Part shown: positions 36,805-47,643 of the stretch, piece after piece
Position numbering within the stretch: the stretch's first letter is position 1
How the letters are laid out: each line of letters begins with the position of its first letter
Virus record (IMG/VR): IMGVR_UViG_2772190661_000001
Coordinates: 63,706 to 127,705 of that record
DNA: 64,000 nucleotides
Source: a virus
Lineage: Duplodnaviria; Caudoviricetes
Reading direction: 5' to 3' (one strand)
Program-made: the position numbers and the translations under genes
Notes under the pieces: model-generated
Databases searched by the model: none
What the model was told of the DNA's origin: nothing
Seen by the model: only the letters and a program-made list of their open reading frames with translations

Positions 36805-37497
36805 ATGAGAATCGGAATTTCGGAGACTCGTTTGCGCACCGACCTGTGGCGCGCCTGCGCACAGCAGTACCTCGCCCCACACCTACCCGGAAGCTGGACG
36901 GTATCTGGCAGCCTGCTCCACCACAGCCAGAACGAATGGATCATCTGCGCGCTGTACGTGAGCCAATACAGCAAGGCGAATTGGTTCACCGTCGAGCGCC
37001 TAGTACAACTTCTGCCGATTCCGGCAACACAACTCGAAGGGCCATTCTTTCATACCCTCACGAATGGCCCAGAAAATGAGCCACTAGTAGTTCCAGAAAA
37101 CGTCGAACTAGCGGCACCAGTCATGACCCGAGTGCTGAACATTGTCCAAGCCGAGGCCATGCCCTACTTCAAGTCAATCGCCACAATCGACGGATATCTA
37201 ACAGAAATTTGGGAGAGAAGCCACTCCGCTCCTGCCAATTTTTACCATCTAGAAAAGATCTGCTACATCTTACTCCTAAAAGATGATGTCACCGGTGCAA
37301 GAGAGGCTTTCCTGCGGGCGGTCAACAGTCCCGCAACAAATCGGTGGCCAGAAGCCGCAAACAAGCTAAAGAAACGCATGTCGCGCGTAATGTCTCTTGC
37401 CGAATCGAGCCCGGACCTCGCAAAGGTATTGCTGCGCGAGTGGTCGTCTGAATCATGGAGGAATATCAGCGGCGGAACGTTGAAACCACCCGACTAA
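36805..37497 (+). CDS. Putative cognate immunity protein
   Basis: Starts 1 nt after the toxin stop, lower GC like the toxin tip, cytoplasmic, helical C-terminus. Confidence 0.65.
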   Translation: MRIGISETRLRTDLWRACAQQYLAPHLPGSWTVSGSLLHHSQNEWIICALYVSQYSKANWFTVERLVQLLPIPATQLEGPFFHTLTNGPENEPLVVPENVELAAPVMTRVLNIVQAEAMPYFKSIATIDGYLTEIWERSHSAPANFYHLEKICYILLLKDDVTGAREAFLRAVNSPATNRWPEAANKLKKRMSRVMSLAESSPDLAKVLLREWSSESWRNISGGTLKPPD

Positions 37498-37504
37498 CGA
37501 TTGA

Positions 37505-37545
37505 CGATGCAGGCCGGCCCACGCTCGCGCACCCCGGCCTGCATC
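37505..37545 (+). terminator. Stem-loop after the immunity gene
   Basis: CGATGCAGGCCGG ... CCGGCCTGCATCG. Confidence 0.6.
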
Positions 37546-37718
37546 GAACTTAGTAGCACGGCCGCCATTCTTGATCATGACCAGAAAACGAGGGCTAGCC
37601 TCGGCCCCTTCGTTAAGGGTTTATCCAAGGGCCGGGCAGAAATGAAGAAGTGCATTCCGATCAGGCAATAGGGCTTGCTGAGGGTCCACATTGTTCTGTC
37701 ACGAAAGGCACTTGCAGG

Positions 37719-38640
37719 GTGCAGACTACCGCAACGCGTCCGAAGGTTACGGTGACCGGCGGCGGCCGGGGTGTGGTCGGTCATGCAGGTGCCCGGCTGC
37801 TCACCGATCTGGCGGACGCGACCGGTCTGGCCAGCGCGTTCGGTGATGCTCTCGCCGGGTTGCGGCAGCGGCAGGGCGGGCATGACCCAGGCCGGATCGC
37901 TGTCGATCTCGCCGTGACGCTCGCCGATGGCGGTAAGGCGATCGCGGACCTGACGGTGCTGCGGGATCAGCGGGCCTTGTTCGGGCCGGTCGCGTCGGAT
38001 CCGGCCGCGTGGCGGCTGCTGTCCCGGCTCGACGAGACCTCCCTGGCCGCGCTGCGGGCCGCCCGTGCCCAGGCTCGTAAACTTACCTGGGCCCAGCACG
38101 CCGACGTCCGCGGTGACCTGCCCCAGGCTGCGGTCGCCGGGCGGCAGGTTGACTGGCTGGTCCTGGATATCGACGCGACGATGGTCATCTGTCACTCCGA
38201 GAAGGAAGCAGCGACCCAGACCTGGAAGGAGGCGTTCGGGTTCCATCCATTGCTATGTTTCCTGGACAACACCGGTGAAGCCCTCGCCAGCCTGCTATGT
38301 GAGGGCCGGGCCGGATCGAACACCACCGACCACATCACCGTCCTGGACCAGGCCCTAGCCCAGATACCCGATGACGTCCGGCACGGGACCCCGATCCTGC
38401 TGCGCTCGGATGCGGCCGGGTCCACGCACGGCTCCTCGCCCACACCCGGTCGCTGCGCCAGGAGCATCATGACATTCGGTTCAGCGTCGGTGCCGCGATC
38501 ACCGTCCCCGTCCGGGAAGCGATCCAGGCCGCCACCGACTGGGTTCCCACCATCGATACCGACGATGACATGCGTGAACACGCCGAGGTCTGCGAGATCA
38601 CCGGCCTCCTCGATCCGGATGGCTGGCCTGAGGGCACCAG
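37719..38640 (+). pseudogene. IS1380-family transposase, frameshifted and truncated
   Basis: GVVGHAG, HDPGRIAVDLAV, FGPVASD, LDIDAT..CHSEKE, GFHPLL, LRSDAAG; frame shifts near 38430 (GFSVGA continues in another frame). Confidence 0.88.
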
Positions 38641-39427
38641 ACCGGGTTGTCATCCGGCCAGGGCAGGACCTGTTACAGCAGTCGCGGGACCCCACGATTC
38701 GGGTGAGGTACCTGCGAAGGGTCAATCCAGCAGCGATGCCGCGTCGCTGGTGCTGCCGGGCTCGATGCATCCAGTCTGGGCTTGTCTCGCGTTCAGCGGT
38801 CAGGCAACGGAGCCGTGGTGGAGCGCCCATAACGGCACCGCTGGTTCCAGATCCAGCCTGGCCCTCAGCACATGTAGCCGGACGGGCGCTGGCAGGTCCA
38901 CGCCGCCTCCCGCGGCGACCACCGCTGGTACCGCGTCCTGCACGATGACGCCGTCACCGACGGCCGCCGGGCCGGTTCTGCCGCCGCGGCCCATTCAGTC
39001 CCGTGAGCAGCGCGAGTTCCGATGCAAGTGCCCACCGTGCGGGATTTATCCGCCTGCGGGCTGTCGGCCGGTCCCACTGTGGATGCGGCCTTGCGCTGTG
39101 GTCCCTCCGCCGAATCTGGTGGAGGGGCCACAGCTGGACGCCCTCGGCGTGCAGGGGGATGCAGGCGAGGACATCCAAGGAGGGGTTCGGCCACAGCGTA
39201 GGCAAAATCGACCATCGTGTAGGCCGAACGACTATCCGCCAACCCACAAACGATGGGCGACCGTACCCGCGGCCGACCTCGGGCTGCAGACCGCGTCGGG
39301 CGAGCGGGACGGCGTGTGCCGTGACCGATCCGGTATGACACTCGACGGCCGGGCCGGTCGACGCGTCGATGCCGAGCCCCTAGCCTGAACCCTTGTGGAC
39401 GTCCGGCGTCGGAAGGCGGAACTACCC

Positions 39428-39740
39428 GTGGACACCGCCCTCGACGTGACAACAGCCGCGGACGGCACCCTCGTCATCGCCCCGCACGGCGACGTCGGCG
39501 CCGATGACGCGGCGTGCTCCGGCAGACTCTTGTCCACGCGGTACGCAGGACACGCCCGCTACGGCTGGAGGTCGCGCTGGCCGACATCGGCACCATCGAC
39601 TCGATCAGCATCGGCACCCTCGCCGCAGTCTGTGCCCTCGCCGACGTGCACCACGTCGCGGTCTTCTACACGCATACCTCCGGCCGCTCGCGTCGATGCT
39701 GACCGCGGCCAGCGTGCCCACACACCGCATCCGCTCGTAG
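39428..39740 (+). pseudogene. STAS (anti-anti-sigma) domain remnant with two frameshifts
   Basis: VIAPHGDV / LRQTLV...LADIGTIDSISIGTL / PLASMLTAA spread across three frames. Confidence 0.65.
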
Positions 39741-39838
39741 CACGCACCCTCCGGCCTGTCCGCGCGCCGTCCGCGAAGCCATAGCCTGTCGCAGCTCGCC
39801 GGAGGCGGGCGGAGAAGCTCGGCCCGTGGGTGAGAGCG

Positions 39839-40321
39839 CTACCTGGTACGGCGCAGAGCCGGCCACTGGTATCCGCATGCGTTGCACCGTACCGGCGGCT
39901 GACGGCGGTAGTGGCGGACCCAGTGCAGGCCGAGGAGGAAGCCGAGAACAACGGTCGGGCCGAGCGTGAAGAGCAGCGGCAGATTGTCATGATTGCCCTG
40001 CTGGAGATCGGTGCAGCCGCCGATGGTGACGATCGGCCCGAACAGGGAGGAGAAGATCACCAGCATGACGCCGGCGAAGTTGCGCCAATGACCCGCCGCC
40101 GAGGTTCCCCGCACGATCTTCGTGTGGTCGCCGCACTGCGGGCAGGACAGCCGGGGCGGGGCCACCACCCGGAGGAAAAGCCAGAACGCCGCGACGAGGA
40201 CGCCGGGTACGAGCTCCCAGGCGAGTTGATCAGGATGCCGCACCGCGAAGACGACACCCACCACGCAGGCGCCACCGGCGAAGAGGAAGAGCAGCGCGCG
40301 CTTCACACCAGCCTGGTCCAT
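39839..40321 (-). CDS. Membrane protein with two CxxC motifs
   Basis: Four hydrophobic segments; CPQCG and CNACG. Confidence 0.6.
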   Translation of the reverse strand: MDQAGVKRALLFLFAGGACVVGVVFAVRHPDQLAWELVPGVLVAAFWLFLRVVAPPRLSCPQCGDHTKIVRGTSAAGHWRNFAGVMLVIFSSLFGPIVTIGGCTDLQQGNHDNLPLLFTLGPTVVLGFLLGLHWVRHYRRQPPVRCNACGYQWPALRRTR

Positions 40322-40860
40322 GTCCACAGCAGAGCACCCGGACCCTGCACCCTGGCATCGGCCCGGACGGCACCGTGCCCTGGCCAAGAAGAGCGAACAG
40401 TCACCCGACGCGGTATTCCATGCCGCCAGGACGCGCTGAGGCGTCGACGACCCGGTCGGCGAAACCGCTGCCCTACCGTCTCGGCCCACAGCACACAGCC
40501 ACGACTCCCGCCGCTTGCCGGCCACATACCGTGGCAGGCGCGGCTCCGCACCGGGCGGGTGAACCGGATGCAGCTCACCCGCGGCGGCGGTCGGCCCAGC
40601 GGGCAATGGGGTCGTCCAAGATGCTCTTCGTGACCCACGGCCCAGCCCCGTCGCGCGCTCTGCGCGGCGTTCGGCCGCACCGTGGATGTCCGCGTCGACC
40701 GTGGCCGAAGCACGGTCTCAAGTCCCCGGCACCCGAATCGCACCTGTTCTTCCAGGTCAACGGCACCGCCGTGACAGCTCAGGCACAGGATGAGCCGCGA
40801 ATCTGGGTATCAGCTCGACCGGCACGGTGCCGGTCCCAGGCTGAGGGAAGCAGGCACCTT

Positions 40861-41520
40861 TTGAAGCTCAAGAAGATCGGTCTCGTCGCCGCCAGCACCG
40901 CCGCGGCCGGAATCCTCGTGTTCGGCGGGGCCACCCTGGCCAGCGCCGCGACCGCGACGCCCACCCCGTCCGCGTCCGCGGACTCGTCGAACGGCACGCC
41001 CGGCCAGGGTCACGAGCACACCGACGTGACCGGCGACGAGGCCACGAAGGTCACGGCCGCGGTCACGGCGAAGGACTCCACGGTCACCGTCACCAGCGTC
41101 CGCAAGGACCCAGACGGCTCCTACGACGTCTTCGGCACCAAAAACAGCGACAAGGCCATGTTCGAGGTCTCCGCCGACCTCAGCACGGTCACGCAGGGCA
41201 CCGGCCGTGGCCACGGCGGCGGGGGCGGCGGCCGGGACGGATCGACGGACACGGCGGTGACCGGCGACGAGGCCACCAAGGTCACCGCAGCGGTCACCGC
41301 GAAGGACTCCACGGTCACCGTCACCAGCGTCCGCAAGGACCCAGACGGCTCCTACGACGTCTTCGGCACCAAAAACAGCGACAAGGTCATGTTCGAGGTC
41401 TCCGCCGACCTCGGCACCGTCACCTCGCAGACGGCCTGGCCGGGCAAGGGCCACGGCCCGGAGCAGGGCACGCCGGACAGCGACCCGAGTGCGACGCCGA
41501 GCACCAGCCCGACCAACTGA
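40861..41520 (+). CDS. Secreted protein with two PepSY-like repeats
   Basis: TTG start, signal peptide KKIGLVAA...ASA; duplicated VTGDEATKVTAAV...MFEVSADL. Confidence 0.8.
   Translation: MKLKKIGLVAASTAAAGILVFGGATLASAATATPTPSASADSSNGTPGQGHEHTDVTGDEATKVTAAVTAKDSTVTVTSVRKDPDGSYDVFGTKNSDKAMFEVSADLSTVTQGTGRGHGGGGGGRDGSTDTAVTGDEATKVTAAVTAKDSTVTVTSVRKDPDGSYDVFGTKNSDKVMFEVSADLGTVTSQTAWPGKGHGPEQGTPDSDPSATPSTSPTN
41026..41423 (+). repeat. Near-identical intragenic duplication (~167 bp x2, period 231)
   Basis: 41026-41192 versus 41257-41423. Confidence 0.9.
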
Positions 41521-41574
41521 ACCGTCGCCTCGCCTCGATCGGTCACCGGCCAGGACACTGGGCTGGCGACCGGG

Positions 41575-42108
41575 GTGCGACACATGGCCATGCTGCTGCA
41601 CTCACCACTCGGGCCGCGCCTGGCCGGCCCCGGTGTCGACGTGCGGGCATACATCGGGTGGAGGCAAGTCGAGCCGTTGCGGCCGTTGCCGATCGTGGAT
41701 GTCCGCGCGGCCGCCGCAGGCGGTCTCGATCCGCACCGGCGACCTCGGACGAGTCCGAGCCGTGGTGCAGGAGTTCTCCTACCACCACAGCAGCGTGACG
41801 ATCGCGCCGACGCCCACATTCGAAGCGTCCGTCCGGTGGTCCGCATCAGCGATCTCGCCATCGGAGACCCTGTCCTGCAACACCGCGTCCACGCGAACCT
41901 GGGCACGCTCGTCGCCTACCCCGTCGCCATGGTCCCTTCAGGTCTGCGGCGCTGGCGGCAAGGAACATCAGCATGGACCGCCGTGCCGGGTCGGGCCGCG
42001 ATCCTCTATCCGGATGGGCCGGTCATGCCCGGCTGCCGGGCCAACAGCGGCGCGCAGACGATACTCGATCGTGTTATGTCCGTCGACCGCGCGATCCGCT
42101 CGCCGTAG
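41575..42108 (+). CDS. Hypothetical protein
   Basis: ORF with plausible high-GC codon usage. Confidence 0.4.
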   Translation: MRHMAMLLHSPLGPRLAGPGVDVRAYIGWRQVEPLRPLPIVDVRAAAAGGLDPHRRPRTSPSRGAGVLLPPQQRDDRADAHIRSVRPVVRISDLAIGDPVLQHRVHANLGTLVAYPVAMVPSGLRRWRQGTSAWTAVPGRAAILYPDGPVMPGCRANSGAQTILDRVMSVDRAIRSP

Positions 42109-42215
42109 TCCCCTACCGGGAGACCCTGGTGACCAGGAGCCAGCAGCCACACATCCTCGATCTCGCAAGGGAATCGGGGGCAGCACGTCGGAGATAGTGC
42201 CGATCACCGCCGTGA

Positions 42216-42512
42216 TCATGCCGCTAGCCTGCTTGCGAGGATCGCGGGAGCCGCGCGGCGAAAGAATCGATGCGGTCCTTCGGCCCTCCGACAATCGCTC
42301 CTACTACCCGCGGTGTCGGCGGGGTTGGTGACCAGGTGCTCGGGCGATGACAGCTCAGATGCCGGCACGGCGACTATCGTGCCGGCATCTAGGAGAACCA
42401 TGATCTCGGCATCTTCCGTGCCGGGGATCGCGCCGGCGACGGAGCCGCGCCGGCCGTCAGGTTCTATACGCACCCGTCGGCCGACGCGGACCGGACCTGT
42501 CGGATCTGCCAT
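42216..42512 (-). CDS. Hypothetical SH3-like small protein
   Basis: VGRRVRI..DGRRGSV...VLLDAG beta-rich pattern. Confidence 0.4.
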   Translation of the reverse strand: MADPTGPVRVGRRVRIEPDGRRGSVAGAIPGTEDAEIMVLLDAGTIVAVPASELSSPEHLVTNPADTAGSRSDCRRAEGPHRFFRRAAPAILASRLAA

Positions 42513-42869
42513 GTGGTCAACGATACGTTGACCACATGACGGAGACGTATATGGGTGTAACGCTCACCGCACGGTGAGTGGTCTTGAGCGCCAGATTGGT
42601 GCGGTGGCGGGACGGCGCCGACGTCTTTGCGGGAGACTGAGTAAAGGGCGCCGCCCCTGTGCAATATTACCGTGTCTGATTCGCGGGCTACTCGCGGTCG
42701 AGAACGTCGCCGTCGCCCGACTGTTCGTGTGGCGAGCGTCGTTCCCGCGGTGCCGGCTGTATTTACGTGACGCGGCCGTATCCCGGAACGAGCGCGAAAC
42801 CGTCCTTCCGTCCGAACGGCTTGCACGGTTGCGGCGGGCCCGCTCTCGCCGGCCCAGTCAGGCCGGTGT

Positions 42870-43472
42870 TCACACGGCACGGATGAGCGCGGGCGCAATG
42901 CGACCGGGTCCGATTCTGCGGCCGTCGGGAAGAGTCGTACAACCGCATTTCTCGCAGAAGTGGCTGGCTGCCCACAGCCGCCGCGCGGCGATCATCGTCG
43001 GCCCGATCCCGCGCTCCGTTCGCCACAGAAGGGCGCCTATCGCGCCGCACGGCAGGACGAGCCCAAGAGACATACAGACCAGCAGGCCGACGCCACCCGT
43101 GTGTTCACCCGTCAGCACCGACAGGGCAGAGACGACTGCGGCCAGCGCGAGCCCGCTGACGCCCACGAGCGCGACGATCGCCGGCAGCACCCATGATCCG
43201 GGGGCTCGTGGCGGTGCGAGCCGCGCGCCGAGGTCCGTGATCGCCACGCCGGTCTGCGTGTGCTGCCAGCTCATGCCGGTGGCGCTCACGGAGGAGGTCC
43301 GGGAGGAGTAGGCGAGCCGGCTGCGCTCGTACAGCACCGGCACACCGATCAACGCGCCACCACATGCGCAGCCACCGGTACTCGGCGCGGGCGGGCGGGG
43401 AGTCGGTCCGCGGTCGCGTGGAGACGCCGCCTGGCTCGTCGTCGGCTCATACCCGGCAGGCATCGCTCTCAC
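42870..43472 (-). CDS. Two-TM membrane protein with Zn ribbon
   Basis: CACG, LAPPRAP, two TM helices, CEKCG. Confidence 0.55.
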   Translation of the reverse strand: MRAMPAGYEPTTSQAASPRDRGPTPRPPAPSTGGCACGGALIGVPVLYERSRLAYSSRTSSVSATGMSWQHTQTGVAITDLGARLAPPRAPGSWVLPAIVALVGVSGLALAAVVSALSVLTGEHTGGVGLLVCMSLGLVLPCGAIGALLWRTERGIGPTMIAARRLWAASHFCEKCGCTTLPDGRRIGPGRIAPALIRAV

Positions 43473-43968
43473 CCCATCGACATTCTCAGGTCTCCGGATT
43501 CACGGTAGATCCCGACACGCCATGACCGACAGTCGGATACCGCGCGGCACTACGCCCGTTTTCCGCATCAGCTCCCTGCGCACACAATCTGTCACGATCG
43601 CATCGCGGAGAGCATAAATTTGCTCACTCGTACGTTTCGGTGTCGGATTTGGGCCGTTCTAGAATAATTAGCCCGGATAGACAATCGCCAGAGCGCATAA
43701 GGTTGGCGACACATTGCCTGCCGACAGGCTGACGCACGTCCTGCCGACGTGATCCTTCGCGGCACAAGTGGCCAATCGCCGCGCATCCACGCGGCAGATT
43801 AACGCATCGCGGCATTCGATCCCACATGACGTGTTCCGCCGCTCTGTTCCTGACAGCATCTTTATCGTGATCGATGTCGGTGAGCGCGTGTGCCGCACGG
43901 CGGATGCAGCGCCCCGTTCAGGTCCTCGCCCGTGTTCTCGGGCACCTAGTCTCCCGTCGGGCGAGCGT

Positions 43969-46900
43969 TCAGGCGACCGTGACGTCGATCTGGGGCTTGA
44001 CCCGACGCTGGGTCACCTTCGACAGCCGTCCATCCTGTTCGAGCCGTTTGAGGATCCGCAGGTGGTGGGCATCATTGGGGAACGTCGGTGTCGCGTCAGG
44101 GGTGGACAGGTCGGCGTACGGGCCGCCGAGGTGCGCGAGGACGGTGAGGATCTCATCGGCCGAGAAGGTGTTCTCGGGCTGGTCGACCAGCGGAACCACC
44201 AGCTGCGCATCGTGGGTTGCCTGGGCGATCCGCTCCAGGTGGGCGGGCGTCACCGGCACCTGGGCTGTCGCGGCGAAGCGCCCGGCGGCCCGCAGCGCAT
44301 CGTGGTGGCCGGTCGGGACGAACTCGTCCAGCCGGGACAGGACGGTCTGCCGGAGCGTCTTGCTGATAGAGGTGCTGCCCAGCAACCGGGCCGTCATGTC
44401 TGGGTCGAGCAGGGCGGGCGTGACGAAGTCGGCGAAGTTCGCCGAGGACTCGATGCCGTGCCGGATGGTCTCCCAGTCGCTGGTGGCGAATCGCTGGAAC
44501 ACCCCGGCGGTGTCGTTGCAGATCCGTTGGCGGAGCAGTTCGCCGAGCAGCGGGCCGTTCTCCTGCTCGATGTCGCTCGCGGCGACCCACTCGGTCAGGT
44601 CGAGCGAGGCGACCAGCGCGGCTCGGGTCCCGGGGTCGGGGATCGTCTTGCGGCTGCGAAGGATCGCGACCGCGACCTGCATCTCCTGCGCGCCGACGGT
44701 ATCGGGCTCACCGGCGCGAGCCGTGATCGCGCCCGCGTCGACGAGCAGCCCGGCAAGGTCGGTGTCGACCTCACCGGTCTGGTCGATGTAGGCGGCGGTG
44801 TTGGTCACCGTCGCGGGGAACCGCCGGGAGCGGGCCAGCGCGGGCCAGACCTGCGCGGGTACGTCGGCGATGTCCTCGATCCGGCACGTCTGCGCCGCCT
44901 GGCGGCAGGCACGCTCCGTCAGGCCGGTCTCCCAGTCGGAGATGTCGGTGACGATCTCTGCGAACGTGCCGGGGTCCGCGACCGTGACCGTCGTGGGCGC
45001 GTCGGTGTCGACCGCGTCGAGGTAGTCGGCGGGCTGGGCGACGCAGTAGTCGTAGACGGTGGAGTCGATCGCTTTGATGGTGTCCAGGCTCAGAGTCGGC
45101 GGATCGTGCAGCGCGCTACGCAGGTTTCCGCTGGTGATGGTGTACATGCTGTCGGCGACGACCAACGCTCGAACGCCATCGTCGAGGACGGCCAGGTCGT
45201 CGATCACCACCCGGGCCTGCCCGAGCAGCGCGACCGCGTTGCCTGCCGAGGTCGGGTCAACGGGCTGGGTCAGGCAGGGCAGGCGGGTGTAGTTGTCCTG
45301 AAGGTAGGTGGTCACAGGCGCATCGATCTGCCAGCCGAGGTCCGGGCCGGCGTGCGCGACGGCCACGTCAACCAGATCGAGACGGCGGTCCGGCGGCAGA
45401 TCCGCCGCCTCCAGGATCCGGCTCAGGATCGGCGACCATGTGCCGGACAGGTACCGGACGGCCTCCGCGGCCTGCTCTCCGCCGCTCAGGTAGGCCTGGA
45501 GGAAGTCGCGCTCGGCTGGGCCGTCGATCCCGGTCAGGCGGCCGAGGACGGTCCGGGCGCCGGAGTCCTGGTTGGCCAGCAGATAGTCCAGGATTTCGAT
45601 GTTGTAGGCGCTGTGCAGGTCGAGGAAGTCCGCCTTGGTCTCCCGCAGAACGCCTGCGACGTTGGCCATTCCGCCGAAGGCGTAGTAGGTGTCGGGGACG
45701 TTGGGCTGGACGTGCTGCACGATGAAGTTCAGGGCGCGGGCGGAGACGCGCTCACCGTAGTAGTGGGCCACGTAGAGTGCGAAGTTCTGGTCGATGAAGC
45801 CGCGCCGGATCAGGTCACGGGCGACTTCGGAGCCGATCGTCTTCTTGAGGAGTCCCTGGAAGGGGACCTCGACGTCGCCGCGGACAAGGGTGAAGGCGGG
45901 GTTCGCGGCGAGGTCGGCGAAGTCGGCCTTCCGCAGCTCCGCGATCTCGGCGTTCACCTGCTCACGTTCGGCGTCCAGTTCCTGACGCTCGCGGGAGTCC
46001 CAGTCGTCCAGGTCAACCTCGGGCAGGAGGAGCTCGCGGATGTCGGTCACCGGGATGTGCACCTGCTGAGGCGAGCCGTAATGATGCGTGAGGGTCACGG
46101 TCAGCCCGTTTCCGTCGGCGATCACCGCCCGCCAGAATGACGCGGTGCCGGCCTGGGCGGGAGTGAAAGCCTGAGTGCCGATCGCATAGTCAGCGCGGGT
46201 GTAGTGGCTATAGGGGGTGGAGCGCCGGAGGGCGTCGACGTACCAGTTCAGGCGCCGGCCGAGCTGTTCAGGCTTGTCCTGGAGGGCGCGGGCGAGCGTC
46301 TCGGAGCCGGCGATCTCGCTGAGGCGGGTGCGCCGTTTCGCAATGGACTGATTCACCAGGGCGCGGCTGAGGAAGTAGAGCATGTCGAGGTCGCTGCGGC
46401 CCAACGCGATCTGCTCGAAGTCGCCGAGGTGGATGTTCTTGTAGACCATCATCGCGAAGACCGCGTCGGCGCGCAGCTGGGGCACGCCCTGCTTCGCGGT
46501 GATCAGGCGGGCGGCGAACACCACGTACTCGTTACGAACATTCGTCAGCAGCCGCATGTCGACGATGTGCCGGCCGACCAGGTCGACCAGGTCCGGAGCC
46601 ACCGGAACGACGCCCTGCGCGGCCAGCAGACCGGTGAGCAGATCCCGTGACGTGCGGTGCGTGATGAACGGCACCACCGGCACGACCAGGTCGAAGAACT
46701 TCGTCCGGTTCGCCCGCACCGCCTCCGCCGAGGCGGCGTCGTCCGGCCCCGTAGTGTCGGCGCCCAGGCCCTCGAAGATGCTGTCCTTCAGCGCGTAGAT
46801 GAACCGGAACGTCCGGCGCCGCGCCGCGTGCGAGGTGTTGAGTAGTGTGTTCAGCTCGCGCAGCGCCTCGAAGATGTGCGGGTCGTCGAACCGGTCGAGG

Positions 46901-47643
46901 TCCTCGAAGACGACTACGTCGTACGTCGTCGACTCGAAGAAGTAGATGATCTCGTCGAGGTACTTGTCGAAGTAGCTGACCTCTTGCGCCCCCAGCGCGA
47001 TGGTCGCGCCGGCGGCGGACACCGAGGATAGGACCCGGTTGTGCAGGGCCTGCCTGACCCACGTCAGCGCGGCCACGATCAGCAGCCCGAACAGCAGGAC
47101 CGCACCGGCCCTCACCGGCCACGGATGGTTCTTGGTGGCGCCCGTCAGACGGGGGAAGTCGCCGAGGAGGAACAGGATCAGCCCGACCGCCGTGACCTGT
47201 GCCGTCGCGACGATGACGCCCCGGAGAAGGTGCGGCTTGTCGATGCGCCGGAAGCGCGACCGGGGTAGCACCCGCTGCGGCTGGCTGTGCAGGAGCTGCT
47301 TGACGAGCTCTCGCTCGATCCGGTTGGTGGTCGACTCCTCCTCCCCCTCCGTTTTCTCCTCCCCCTTCGAGGAAGGGCCGAGGGTCGACAGCGAGAGGTT
47401 GAGAGCGCGTCGCGAATGCTGGTCGGTGAACTTCTTCAGGATGCTGGACTTGCCCGCGCCGTACCGGCCGGTCAGCGCGATGTTGCGCACGTCCGGCCGC
47501 TCCAAGGCGGCGTTCAGCCGTACGAGGTACTCGTCGTGCTGCTCCGGCTGGAATTGTGGCGTCAGCGGAAGCAGGGCGACATGCTCCTCTCCAGGCTTCG
47601 GCGAGCCGGCCCACCACGCCTGCAGCCGTTTCCACCCGCGCAC
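43969..47643 (-). CDS. YobI-like KAP-family P-loop NTPase
   Basis: NIALTGRYGAGKSS Walker A, two TM helices, VVVFEDLDRF Walker B, RTKFFD, long helical C-terminus. Confidence 0.85.
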   Translation of the reverse strand: MRGWKRLQAWWAGSPKPGEEHVALLPLTPQFQPEQHDEYLVRLNAALERPDVRNIALTGRYGAGKSSILKKFTDQHSRRALNLSLSTLGPSSKGEEKTEGEEESTTNRIERELVKQLLHSQPQRVLPRSRFRRIDKPHLLRGVIVATAQVTAVGLILFLLGDFPRLTGATKNHPWPVRAGAVLLFGLLIVAALTWVRQALHNRVLSSVSAAGATIALGAQEVSYFDKYLDEIIYFFESTTYDVVVFEDLDRFDDPHIFEALRELNTLLNTSHAARRRTFRFIYALKDSIFEGLGADTTGPDDAASAEAVRANRTKFFDLVVPVVPFITHRTSRDLLTGLLAAQGVVPVAPDLVDLVGRHIVDMRLLTNVRNEYVVFAARLITAKQGVPQLRADAVFAMMVYKNIHLGDFEQIALGRSDLDMLYFLSRALVNQSIAKRRTRLSEIAGSETLARALQDKPEQLGRRLNWYVDALRRSTPYSHYTRADYAIGTQAFTPAQAGTASFWRAVIADGNGLTVTLTHHYGSPQQVHIPVTDIRELLLPEVDLDDWDSRERQELDAEREQVNAEIAELRKADFADLAANPAFTLVRGDVEVPFQGLLKKTIGSEVARDLIRRGFIDQNFALYVAHYYGERVSARALNFIVQHVQPNVPDTYYAFGGMANVAGVLRETKADFLDLHSAYNIEILDYLLANQDSGARTVLGRLTGIDGPAERDFLQAYLSGGEQAAEAVRYLSGTWSPILSRILEAADLPPDRRLDLVDVAVAHAGPDLGWQIDAPVTTYLQDNYTRLPCLTQPVDPTSAGNAVALLGQARVVIDDLAVLDDGVRALVVADSMYTITSGNLRSALHDPPTLSLDTIKAIDSTVYDYCVAQPADYLDAVDTDAPTTVTVADPGTFAEIVTDISDWETGLTERACRQAAQTCRIEDIADVPAQVWPALARSRRFPATVTNTAAYIDQTGEVDTDLAGLLVDAGAITARAGEPDTVGAQEMQVAVAILRSRKTIPDPGTRAALVASLDLTEWVAASDIEQENGPLLGELLRQRICNDTAGVFQRFATSDWETIRHGIESSANFADFVTPALLDPDMTARLLGSTSISKTLRQTVLSRLDEFVPTGHHDALRAAGRFAATAQVPVTPAHLERIAQATHDAQLVVPLVDQPENTFSADEILTVLAHLGGPYADLSTPDATPTFPNDAHHLRILKRLEQDGRLSKVTQRRVKPQIDVTVA

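Noticed and set aside
41026-41423. Diversity-generating retroelement TR/VR pair
   Set aside because: Differences are not adenine-specific, both copies are in frame in one gene, and no reverse transcriptase is present
43768-46140. 790-aa plus-strand ORF (and similar long antisense ORFs at 26213-28447, 9960-11480, 56700-58790)
   Set aside because: Antisense shadows of real genes caused by high-GC codon bias; no motifs
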